From contig JANOZK010000111.1 in assembly GCA_031429335.1 (NCBI GenBank), positions 4,701 to 68,700 of the forward strand: a stretch of 64,000 nucleotides of DNA, in the 5' to 3' direction. The translations under genes and the position numbers were made by a program. Each line of letters opens with the position of its first letter. Within the stretch, counting starts at the first letter, position 1. The stretch comes from Chitinophagaceae bacterium (GTDB lineage Bacteria; Bacteroidota; Bacteroidia; Chitinophagales; Chitinophagaceae). Below, in pieces: positions 9,593-17,897 of the stretch. The notes beneath the pieces were generated by a model that was given only the letters and a program-made list of their open reading frames with translations, ran no database searches and was not told where the DNA came from.

Positions 9593-9640
9593 ATAGTGTG
9601 ATTCATTATTAAACTGAAATAAGAGATCAAAAAATACCCC
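9593..9640 (+). repeat. 48-bp perfect direct repeat, copy 1
   Basis: atagtgtgattcattattaaactgaaataagagatcaaaaaatacccc, identical to 11073-11120. Confidence 0.9.
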
Positions 9641-9670
9641 AACTAAGCGTAGCTTATAATCGAAGCAACT

Positions 9671-9719
9671 GGGCGTATGGCTGTGCCTACGCCCTTGCTT
9701 TTATGTAGCATTTGCTACA
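9671..9719. repeat. REP-like hairpin pair on the 3' side of the RAYT gene
   Basis: gggcgta-N10-tacgccc (9671-9694) and tGTAGCa-tt-tGCTACa (9704-9719). An additional GTAG lies at about 9648 (aagcGTAGctt). Confidence 0.6.
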
Positions 9720-9733
9720 ATAGCACAATCTAA

Positions 9734-10282
9734 CTACAAAAAACTAATTTTTACTAGCCCTTTTTTGCCTGCATAATCTCTGGCACTGCTTAGCAAATAA
9801 TCTTCTGCATGATCAACCAAACCTGCTTTAACTGCATTTTGGTGTATATACATTACTTTGCTCATGTACATATCGTTTATATGTGGATCTATTCCAACTG
9901 CATGGTTCTCATGTGTCCATAACTGATAGTTAACATTTCTTACATGTTGTTGTGCTGCATGTTTAAATTGAAACAACATCCAATCTCGTCTGCTTTCTGG
10001 TTCTTGTTGTATAGATTGCAGTATTTGTTTACTGGTGTGCCTTTTAAAATCTCTAATTGTATCTGAAAGTGTACCATTACCACTTGATACTATACAATGT
10101 ACATGATTACTCATGATACACCATGCATGCACATGTAATTGTTTGTGTTCAATACAATAATTAAACGCATCAATTACAATATTGCAATAACGTTTTCTGG
10201 TAAATACATCTACCCAAGCAACTATTTGAAACGTTAGAAAATAAATTCCTTGCTGATCTTTTATTACATAGCTATCTGGCAT
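9734..10282 (-). mobile_element. IS200/IS605-type Y1 HUH transposase, REP-associated tyrosine transposase (RAYT)-like
   Basis: 182-aa ORF with the HUH motif SNHVHCIV and the catalytic-Tyr region YIHQNAVKAGLVDHAEDYLLSS. Single gene with no tnpB, flanked by inverted hairpin pairs. Confidence 0.8.
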
Positions 10283-10321
10283 TGGCTGATGTACTATTTT
10301 TTATGATATTATTTTCGTTAG

Positions 10322-10367
10322 TGTAGCTGAAAGCTACAAAAAAATACGGCGTAGTGGATACTACGCC
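10322..10367. repeat. REP-like hairpin pair on the 5' side of the RAYT gene (mirror image of 9671-9719)
   Basis: tGTAGC-tgaaa-GCTACa (10322-10338) and ggcGTAG-tggata-CTACgcc (10348-10367). The GTAGC hairpin is inner and the GGCGTA hairpin is outer, as on the other flank. Confidence 0.6.
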
Positions 10368-10544
10368 GAGTGTACGTTTTTTTATGATGCTTACAAACTA
10401 CGACGAGTTAGGGGGTTACAAGATTGTAGCCCTTTTTTTATTTTGTAATACGTCACTTTTACAACACAGACTTTTCATTTTTGAGCAACTATTCTTTGCA
10501 ATTTTTAAATATTGGCTAAAAGAAGCTGTCTAAATTGTAATGTT

Positions 10545-10958
10545 TTATTGAGCCTCAACATACTTCTTAAAATTATCCAAAATCAACTGCCAACCTGTTT
10601 GTTGAAGTTCAGCTGAGTTTTGGCCTTCTGGCTCAAATGTTTCGGTTACTTTAGTATTGTTGCTATCAATTGCTTCAAATGCAACGAACATTTTTCGGTT
10701 ATCGCCTAAAATAATTTCAATACTTTTTTCTGTTGTAATTGAAACATAGGTTCCCCAAAAATCGAAGCTGAACGAATTGTCTTTGGCCGACATGAGGTAA
10801 TGAAACTCGCCGCCTACTATTAAAGTATTATCAGCTTTGGGGCAATGCCAATCGTTACTAGCAAAATTCCAGTTCATTATATGTTGAGGGTTGGTCCAAT
10901 ATTGCCAAACTTTGTTAATTGGTGACGCAATATGGGTGCTAACCGTAATTGTATTCAT
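10545..10958 (-). CDS. SRPBCC / AHSA1-domain protein
   Basis: The ATG at 10958 gives MNTITVSTHIASPINKVWQYWTNPQHIMNWNF..., typical of the Aha1/START-like fold. The TTG-extended N-terminus in the track is discarded. Confidence 0.7.
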   Translation of the reverse strand: MNTITVSTHIASPINKVWQYWTNPQHIMNWNFASNDWHCPKADNTLIVGGEFHYLMSAKDNSFSFDFWGTYVSITTEKSIEIILGDNRKMFVAFEAIDSNNTKVTETFEPEGQNSAELQQTGWQLILDNFKKYVEAQ

Positions 10959-11072
10959 TCTTATGAATTGATGTGTTGAAGTGCTTCGTAAAAGTAAACG
11001 TACTAAATGAAAGGTTCTATTTTTTTTGTCCAGTCCCACAAAATAACAAACCAATCAATTCCCCCATAACTC

Positions 11073-11120
11073 ATAGTGTGATTCATTATTAAACTGAAAT
11101 AAGAGATCAAAAAATACCCC
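11073..11120 (+). repeat. 48-bp perfect direct repeat, copy 2
   Basis: Identical to 9593-9640, with starts 1480 bp apart. Here tgaaataagag inside the repeat can pair with ctcttatttca immediately after it (11-bp stem). Confidence 0.9.
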
Positions 11121-11154
11121 TCTTATTTCAAGTTATTGTAAAAAAATGAAATAA

Positions 11155-11197
11155 GGCTACTGAAGATAGCCGACCCAAAGGCGTTTTAGGTACGCCT
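11155..11197. repeat. Third REP-like hairpin pair
   Basis: ggcta-ctgaaga-tagcc (11155-11171) followed by aggcgt-tttaggt-acgcct (11179-11197). The stem sequences are related to those flanking the RAYT gene. Confidence 0.4.
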
Positions 11198-11209
11198 CCT
11201 CTCATTTAT

Positions 11210-11271
11210 GGATATTTATGGGTAATAATACGGATATTTACTTTACTTTTGGATATTTATGGGTAATAATA
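11210..11271 (+). repeat. Two copies of a 21-bp direct repeat upstream of the Fic gene
   Basis: ggatatttatgggtaataata at 11210-11230 and 11251-11271. The second copy ends 8 nt before the Fic ATG. Confidence 0.85.
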
Positions 11272-11278
11272 TGAGTAT

Positions 11279-12349
11279 ATGAATACTGAAACAATCAAAA
11301 TAACGCCAGAAATTTTGTTATTCATTGCTGAGATTGACGAATTTAAAGGGGCATGGAGGGCTTTGGGGCAATTAGCACCAGAGAAGCTAACCTCATTAAA
11401 AAGAGTAGCTACAATAGAAAGTATTGGGTCTTCAACCCGTATTGAAGGTAGCAAGCTGAGTGACCAAGAAGTTGAAATATTGCTTGGTAATCTTGAAATC
11501 AAGAAATTCAGTACAAGGGATGAGCAAGAAGTGGCTGGCTATTCTGAAGTAATGAATATCATCTTCCAAAGCTATCGAGACATTCCGTTAACTGAAAACT
11601 ATATCCAGCAGCTCCATCAGATGCTGTTGCAGCATAGCGAAAAGGATTATTGGCACAGAGGCAACTATAAAAAATCGACTAACCATGTAGAAGCATTTGC
11701 ACCAGATGGCAAAAGTTTAGGCGTTGTGCTTGAAACAGCAAGCCCTTTTGAAACACCCTTGCGAATGAAGCATTTAATCGAATGGGCAAGACAGTCCTAT
11801 GAAAATAAGAAACTGCACCCACTTTTAATTACTGCAATTGTTATTGTTGATTTCCTGGCTATCCATCCGTTTCAAGACGGCAATGGCAGATTATCGAGAG
11901 TGCTGACAACCTATTTGTTGCTCAAAGAAGGCTATTACTATGTGCCCTATAGTTCATTAGAAGCTGTAATTGAACAGAGCAAAGAAGGCTATTACCTCGC
12001 CCTGCGACAAACACAAGGAACAATGCAAACAAACGCACCTAACTGGCAAGCTTGGTTATTGTTTTTCTTACGAGCATTGAAACAACAAAAACAAATACTG
12101 GAAGCAAAGATTGCAAAAGAGCATCTATTGATGGTGCAATTGCCTGAACTATCCTTGCAAATATTGGAACTAATCAAATCAAGAGGAAGGATAACCAACA
12201 GTGAGATTGTGGCAATCACCAATGCCAATCGCAATACTGTTAAGAAGCATCTTGAAACACTTGTTGCAGACCAATATATACAAAAGAACGGAATAGGTAA
12301 AGCAACTTGGTATTCAGCGAAAATGAGTAGTAATGCACCAAAGGAATAA
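11279..12349 (+). CDS. Fic-family protein (AMPylase-type) with an N-terminal inhibitory helix and a C-terminal winged-helix domain
   Basis: Core motif HPFQDGNGRLSR. The N-terminal SSTRIEG fits the (S/T)xxxE(G/N) auto-inhibition motif. The C-terminal ~70 aa look like a wHTH (LIKSRGRITNSEIVAITNANRNTVKKHLETLV). Confidence 0.9.
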   Translation: MNTETIKITPEILLFIAEIDEFKGAWRALGQLAPEKLTSLKRVATIESIGSSTRIEGSKLSDQEVEILLGNLEIKKFSTRDEQEVAGYSEVMNIIFQSYRDIPLTENYIQQLHQMLLQHSEKDYWHRGNYKKSTNHVEAFAPDGKSLGVVLETASPFETPLRMKHLIEWARQSYENKKLHPLLITAIVIVDFLAIHPFQDGNGRLSRVLTTYLLLKEGYYYVPYSSLEAVIEQSKEGYYLALRQTQGTMQTNAPNWQAWLLFFLRALKQQKQILEAKIAKEHLLMVQLPELSLQILELIKSRGRITNSEIVAITNANRNTVKKHLETLVADQYIQKNGIGKATWYSAKMSSNAPKE

Positions 12350-12652
12350 ATCTGTAATTTTTCTTTTCACGGCAAAATGTATAAATTTACTAATGTTTAG
12401 GTTAAGTGGTAAAGTATAATGGTAATATCTAGGTAAATTAAATAGATGTGCACATTTAAGCCATATAAAGCTCTTCGCTCTTTATCAATTAATAATTCTT
12501 CACCAATAAAATCGTTGGCATCTTCATTTGTAGCAAAACTGAAAATCATAGCATTAAAGCAAAATTACTCAAATCAACTTGCAGGTATTTAAAATGCTAT
12601 TTGTTTATACACCGTAAATAATCTAATTTTCAGCATCAAAAATCATTTTGTT

Positions 12653-15600
12653 ATGTCGAAAAAATTTACCAATAAAACCATCCTTTTATTTACGTGCTTA
12701 TTTTGTTTATGCATAACAAATAACGCTCAAGTAACTACCAATAGTGGTAGTGGTTTAGCAGCAACATATACCAGCTTAGATGCTGCCATTACTGCACTAA
12801 ATGCTGCCACAATAACTAGCCCTGTTATTATTACTTTAACAGCTAGTAACCCGCAAACCACACCTGCTGGAGGTTATAGCATTTCGGCAGAGGGTACAAC
12901 TGTTAATACAATTCGAATTGTTGGTAACAATAACACCATTACTGCCCCAACACCTCAAGTTGCTGGCAACTTAAATGATGGGTTGTTTAAAATTATTGGA
13001 GGTGATAATATTAGTATTGAAGGTTTTAATTTACTCGAAAACAATTCGAACATTGTAACTGATGCTGGAACAAATACTATGACGGAGTGGGGTGTTGCTG
13101 TTTTATATTCGAGTGCCACGAATGGTTCTCAAAATATCTCCATTAAAAATTGTACGGTTGATTTAAATAGAACTTATCAAAACACGTTTGGTATTTATAG
13201 TAATTCCAATCATTCTGCAACTGCAATTTCTAGTGCATCGCCTGCAACGGCTACAACAGGTAATAATAGTGGCTTAAGTATTACAGGTTGTACTGTTACT
13301 GACGTTAATATTGGGATTGTAGTTATTGGACCAACAACTGCCAATAATGAAAACGATGGATTAACTATTGGAGGATCGGCATTAAACGCCAACACCATTT
13401 CTAATTTTGGAACCACTGGAACTTTTTCTGGTTATGCCAATGTATCGGCAACTGTAAATGGTATTTTAATAAGAAATGTAAAAAATTTAACTATTACACA
13501 CAACACCATTACTAGCTCAGTTGGTGGCACAACTGCTGGCAGTTTGAGAGGAATTTATGTTCCAAGTGGTACTGCACCAGTAGGAACAATTGTAAACAAT
13601 ATTAACAACAATACCATTTCACTACAAAGTGCAGTAACAGCAGGGGCAATACAGGGTATTTCAGTAGAAGCCACTACTGTAAATGCAACTACCAGTTTCA
13701 ATATAAACAATAATAACTTTACTAATTTAAGCCACACAGTTGCAGCATCTGCTGCTATTAATGGCATCATTAATACCTCGCCTGCATTAAATGTTACAAT
13801 AAACAATAACACCTTTACCAATATTATTACCAACACAACAGGCTCTTTTACTTTTTTATCAAGCAGTGTTACTTTACCTAGTGCTGGTACCCAAACAGTT
13901 TCTAACAATTCAATTGTAACTGCGTTTAGTAAAACAGGTGATGGTGGAACAGTTGCTGGTTTTCTTAGTAGTGCTAGCTCACCAACAGGAACAAGTGTTA
14001 CACACACGAATAACAATTTTTCTAACATAACTGTAGTTGGTGCAACTGTAATTGAAGTTTGGAGGAGCAGAGATGGTGCAAGCACAACGAGTGGCCCAAT
14101 AAAAAATGTGAGTGGAAATATTATCAATAACATTAATGGCGGTACTGGATTAATTACAGGATTGGTAGTAAATGCAAGTGCTGCAACTAGTACTATTTCG
14201 AACAATACAATTTCAAATATTAATAGTTCTGGGTCAATTACAGGTTTACAAATTTTGTCGAATGATAACGGCTCATTTGTTGGAAACCAAATTAACGGCC
14301 TATCTAGCAATGGAAGCTCTTCAACAGTTTCTGGTATTGTATTATCTGGAACTGGTGCAACCAATAATACGTCAGTTTTAAAAAATAAGATTTATAATTT
14401 ACAAGCTAGTGGTACTACTGGCAGTGTTAATGGAGTATTGATTTCTTATGGCGGTGTAGGCGTTGTAGCTACAATTGCCAATAATTTAATTGGCGATTTA
14501 AAAGCACCTATAACCAACAATGATGCAAGTGATGTTGTAAGAGGTATAAGTATAACAGCAACTACCACTACTGCAACATTTAATATTTATTATAATGCCA
14601 TATTTATTAATGCAACTTCATCGGGTGCAAATTTTGGTACTAGTGGTATTTTTCACACCAGCAATGTAACCCCAACAACAGCAACACTCGATTTAAGAAA
14701 TAATATTATCATCAACACTTCTACTGCTGCTGGTTTTGGCAGTACCGCTGCATTAAGAAGATCTACTGGTAGTGTAGATAATTATGCAAGCACATCGAAC
14801 AATAATATTTTGTATGCAGGGGTACCGTCGACGACCAATTTAATTTATAACGATGGGTCGCCTTATCAAACATTAGCAGTTTTTCAAATTGCAGTAGCAA
14901 CAAGAGAATCCAACAGTAAAACAGAAAATGTGGCTTTTACTAGTATAGTTGGTTCTAGTATGGGTTATTTACATGTTAACCCTAGTATTGGTAGCCTTGC
15001 AAATGCTGGTGCTTTACCCATTGCTACAATTTTAGATGATTATGATGGACAAACTAGAAATGCTACTACACCAGATATTGGTGCAGATGAATATGATGTA
15101 GCTTTACCAGTTACACTTATAAATTTTAGTGGTGTTAAAAACAATGAGGGCAACATTTTAAACTGGCAAACAGCAAACGAAATTAACAATACTGGTTTCG
15201 AAATTTTACGCAGTAACGATGGAATAAATTTTACAAAAATTGCTTTTGTAAAAAGTTTAGCCATTAACAATAATTCTGCATCGCAGTACAATTTTGTGGA
15301 TAGATTTCCATTAACTACATCTAACTACTATAGCCTAAAACAAATAGATAAAGATGGAAAAAGCACCATTAGCAATATAGTTTTGTTAAAGGGAATTAAA
15401 TTGAATAAATTACTAGTTAGTTCAATTTATCCAAACCCTGCACAATCAGAATTAAGGTTATTAATTAACGCTGTAAAAACTACAAATGGAAGTTTAACTG
15501 TAGTTGATTATTCAGGCAAAATTGTACTAAACAAATTAATTGCGTTAGTAGATGGTGAAAATAATGTGCTGTTAAATATTGCCACATTACAAAATGGAAA

Positions 15601-15661
15601 TTATATTTTACAACTACATAGCAACAACGAAACAGCAGTTTCTAAATTTATTAAGCAATAA
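12653..15661 (+). CDS. Large secreted N/T/S-rich parallel beta-helix repeat protein with a T9SS C-terminal sorting domain
   Basis: Signal peptide ending NNAQ. Dozens of degenerate ~22-25 aa repeats (NNNTI.., ..I.NN.I..). The C-terminal ~80 aa (SIYPNPAQSELRLLI...GNYILQL...KFIKQ) match the type-A T9SS sorting domain pattern. Confidence 0.8.
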   Translation: MSKKFTNKTILLFTCLFCLCITNNAQVTTNSGSGLAATYTSLDAAITALNAATITSPVIITLTASNPQTTPAGGYSISAEGTTVNTIRIVGNNNTITAPTPQVAGNLNDGLFKIIGGDNISIEGFNLLENNSNIVTDAGTNTMTEWGVAVLYSSATNGSQNISIKNCTVDLNRTYQNTFGIYSNSNHSATAISSASPATATTGNNSGLSITGCTVTDVNIGIVVIGPTTANNENDGLTIGGSALNANTISNFGTTGTFSGYANVSATVNGILIRNVKNLTITHNTITSSVGGTTAGSLRGIYVPSGTAPVGTIVNNINNNTISLQSAVTAGAIQGISVEATTVNATTSFNINNNNFTNLSHTVAASAAINGIINTSPALNVTINNNTFTNIITNTTGSFTFLSSSVTLPSAGTQTVSNNSIVTAFSKTGDGGTVAGFLSSASSPTGTSVTHTNNNFSNITVVGATVIEVWRSRDGASTTSGPIKNVSGNIINNINGGTGLITGLVVNASAATSTISNNTISNINSSGSITGLQILSNDNGSFVGNQINGLSSNGSSSTVSGIVLSGTGATNNTSVLKNKIYNLQASGTTGSVNGVLISYGGVGVVATIANNLIGDLKAPITNNDASDVVRGISITATTTTATFNIYYNAIFINATSSGANFGTSGIFHTSNVTPTTATLDLRNNIIINTSTAAGFGSTAALRRSTGSVDNYASTSNNNILYAGVPSTTNLIYNDGSPYQTLAVFQIAVATRESNSKTENVAFTSIVGSSMGYLHVNPSIGSLANAGALPIATILDDYDGQTRNATTPDIGADEYDVALPVTLINFSGVKNNEGNILNWQTANEINNTGFEILRSNDGINFTKIAFVKSLAINNNSASQYNFVDRFPLTTSNYYSLKQIDKDGKSTISNIVLLKGIKLNKLLVSSIYPNPAQSELRLLINAVKTTNGSLTVVDYSGKIVLNKLIALVDGENNVLLNIATLQNGNYILQLHSNNETAVSKFIKQ

Positions 15662-15789
15662 TTTAATTTGGTTTTATTTACCGTAGTAGTTAAAAATATG
15701 CAATAAAAAATACCAATTTGTTGGCTTGTATTGGCGAATGTGCAATGAAACACTTTACAAGTCTTATTCAGTTTTTGTATTACTTCGGC

Positions 15790-15874
15790 TAATACCGAAG
15801 TGATATCTGTAGAAGACCAAATAAACTGGTCTAAACAGCTACCCAACCGGCATTATACCTGAAAACTTTGGTCT
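15790..15874 (-). repeat. Intergenic repeat family R, copy 3 (inverted relative to copy 2)
   Basis: The reverse complement aligns to 58069-58153 over 85 nt with 9 mismatches by hand alignment. Confidence 0.85.
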
Positions 15875-15938
15875 ACATTAAAATTCATATTGGTATAAAA
15901 GCAATTTTAATAGTTATATTGTACTATAAATTATTGCT

Positions 15939-16706
15939 ATGATGATAAAAACCAAGCAGCTAGCTGTACTTCAATACCTGTTTTTTGCATTAATGATTGC
16001 TGTTAATGCACTGGCCAATATTTTACCAATTAATGGTTTAAATACTGGTGAAGTAAGTGGACTTTTTCCTAATTTATTTGTGCCTGCTGGTTTTACATTT
16101 AGCATTTGGGGTATTATTTATTTATTGCTTGCACTTTATGTTATAGTTAGTGGTAAAATACTTTGGCAAGTAAAAAATGTTACAATTGAACAATATCAAA
16201 TTATTGCTCAATTGTTTTTACTTACTTGTATTTTAAATGCTAGTTGGATTTTTCTTTGGCATTATTTACAAGTACTATTTTCGTTATTTATTATGTTGTT
16301 GTTTTTATTTACTTTGGTAATCATTTATATAAAGCAACAATCTTTAGAATTAACGGGTTGGCAAAAATTTTGTTTACAAGTGCCCTTTATAATTTATTTA
16401 GCATGGATATGTGTTGCCACCATTGCTAATACTACTGCTGCTTTAGTATTTTTTAAATTTGATGGCTTTGGTTTAGAAGCTTACTTATTTAGTTGTGTAA
16501 TGATTGTTGTTGCAACATTATTGGCTTTGTATTTTTTATTAAAAGAAAAGCAATGGGCTTTTGGTGCTGTTATTGCTTGGGCTTTTTATGGCATTATGGT
16601 TGGCCAACAAACAAACAGTATTTGGGTGTATTGGTTTGCCAAAGTAGCCGCTGGCTTTGTTTTGGGTGTTACTTTTTTAACTGTTGTAAACAGAAAAAAA
16701 ATATAA
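15939..16706 (+). CDS. Polytopic membrane protein, TspO/MBR-related (tryptophan-rich sensory protein-like)
   Basis: 255 aa with about 7 predicted TM segments. The N-terminal NALANILPINGLNTGEVSGLFPNLFVPAGFTFSIWGIIYLLL resembles long TspO-like proteins as I recall them; unverified. Confidence 0.45.
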   Translation: MMIKTKQLAVLQYLFFALMIAVNALANILPINGLNTGEVSGLFPNLFVPAGFTFSIWGIIYLLLALYVIVSGKILWQVKNVTIEQYQIIAQLFLLTCILNASWIFLWHYLQVLFSLFIMLLFLFTLVIIYIKQQSLELTGWQKFCLQVPFIIYLAWICVATIANTTAALVFFKFDGFGLEAYLFSCVMIVVATLLALYFLLKEKQWAFGAVIAWAFYGIMVGQQTNSIWVYWFAKVAAGFVLGVTFLTVVNRKKI

Positions 16707-16745
16707 AAACGATTGGTTTTGATACATTGAAATACGATTGTACAA

Positions 16746-16846
16746 GGGCTGGGTGATTGAAGTGGAAAGCTCCTGCTGCATAGCAGGACTTGAAACGTAA
16801 AGCACCAACTACAGCTGAAAGTTGTTATACTGCCCACAGCCCCTAA
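16746..16846 (+). repeat. ~100-nt structured intergenic repeat, family A/B, copy A
   Basis: gggctggg.gattg...agctcctgct-NNNN-agcaggact...cgtaaagc.ccaact.cagc...cagcccctaa, alignable to 62172-62273. Confidence 0.8.
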
Positions 16847-16888
16847 ATTTTTATTCCCTTATTTTTGAAATTAATTAAACGTATTTTT

Positions 16889-17782
16889 ATGAGTAAGCAA
16901 GCCTATATTTTTCCTGGACAGGGTTCTCAGTTTAGTGGTATGGGAAAAAATTTATACGATACCAATACCCTTGCTAAAACTATGTTTGAACAAGCCAATG
17001 AAATTGTTGGATTTAGAATTAGTGATGTGCTTTTTAATGGTACGGATGATGCTTTAAAACAAACCAATGTTACACAACCTGCTGTTTTTTTACACTCGGT
17101 AATTGCTTATAAAACTTTAGATAATGTTATGCCCGATATGGTTGCTGGCCATTCGTTAGGCGAATTTTCTGCTTTAGTTGCTAATAATTGTTTAAGTTTT
17201 GAAGATGCATTAAAATTGGTAACCATTAGGGCAAATGCCATGCAAAAAGCCTGTGTTATAAACCCTAGTACTATGGCTGCTGTATTGGCTTTAGCCGATG
17301 ATAAGGTAGAAGAAATTTGTGCATCTATACAAAATGAAACTGGCGAAATTGTTGTGCCAGCAAATTACAATTGTCCTGGTCAACTGGTTATTAGTGGCAG
17401 TATAAAAGGTATTGAAATTGCCTGCGAACGTATGAAAGCTGCTGGTGCAAAACGAGCATTGGTTTTACCCGTTGGTGGTGCATTTCATAGCCCACTGATG
17501 GCACCTGCAAAAGAAGAATTGGCTGCTGCAATTAATGCAACAAATTTTAACAACCCAATTTGTCCGGTATATCAAAATGTAGTTGCTACAGCTGTTAGCA
17601 ATGCGGCTTCTATAAAAGAAAATTTAATAGCACAATTGACTGGTGCTGTACGCTGGACCCAAAGTGTTGAAGCAATGGTTGCCGATGGTGCTACCCATTT
17701 TACAGAATGTGGCCCTGGAAAAGTATTGCAAGGTTTGGTACAAAAAATACACAAAGAAACTGTGGTAGATGGGGTGAGTTAA
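16889..17782 (+). CDS. fabD: Malonyl-CoA:ACP transacylase
   Basis: The ATG at 16889 gives MSKQAYIFPGQGSQ. Active-site GHSLGEFSAL and downstream GAFHSPLM are present. The TTG at 16865 in the track is discarded. Confidence 0.92.
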   Translation: MSKQAYIFPGQGSQFSGMGKNLYDTNTLAKTMFEQANEIVGFRISDVLFNGTDDALKQTNVTQPAVFLHSVIAYKTLDNVMPDMVAGHSLGEFSALVANNCLSFEDALKLVTIRANAMQKACVINPSTMAAVLALADDKVEEICASIQNETGEIVVPANYNCPGQLVISGSIKGIEIACERMKAAGAKRALVLPVGGAFHSPLMAPAKEELAAAINATNFNNPICPVYQNVVATAVSNAASIKENLIAQLTGAVRWTQSVEAMVADGATHFTECGPGKVLQGLVQKIHKETVVDGVS

Positions 17783-17897
17783 CCCCAACCCCTGAAGGGG
17801 ATTTTTTACCACAGAGCAACGGAGCAAAGCAGTTTCACCGAGGAGAGATACATCTTTGTGAGCTTTGTATTCTTTGTTGCTTTGTGTGAAATAAATT

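Noticed and set aside
10404-10440. Plus-strand hairpin gggttaca-agat-tgtagccc followed by T7, as a terminator
   Set aside because: No plus-strand gene lies upstream of it. It is more likely another GTAG-type REP-like hairpin of the RAYT flank than a functional terminator.
8891-12349. Classical integrative element or prophage remnant at tRNA-Asn
   Set aside because: No tyrosine or serine integrase, excisionase, or phage structural or replication genes are present. The duplicated tRNA segment is not a simple 3'-end att repeat.
11279-12349. Fic as part of a two-gene toxin-antitoxin module
   Set aside because: No small partner ORF is adjacent. The SxxxEG inhibitory motif is within the same polypeptide (class II/III style auto-inhibition).
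12428-12580. ~50-codon minus-strand ORF (MIFSFATNEDANDFIGEELL...) upstream of the T9SS cargo gene
   Set aside because: It is short, has no recognisable motif and sits in an AT-rich context, so there is not enough evidence to call a gene.
13555-14364. 269-aa minus-strand ORF inside the beta-helix gene (also 13210-13416 and 15040-15291)
   Set aside because: This is an antisense shadow of a repetitive N/T/S-rich coding region. It has no start context, no recognisable domains and a V/L/P-rich mirror composition.
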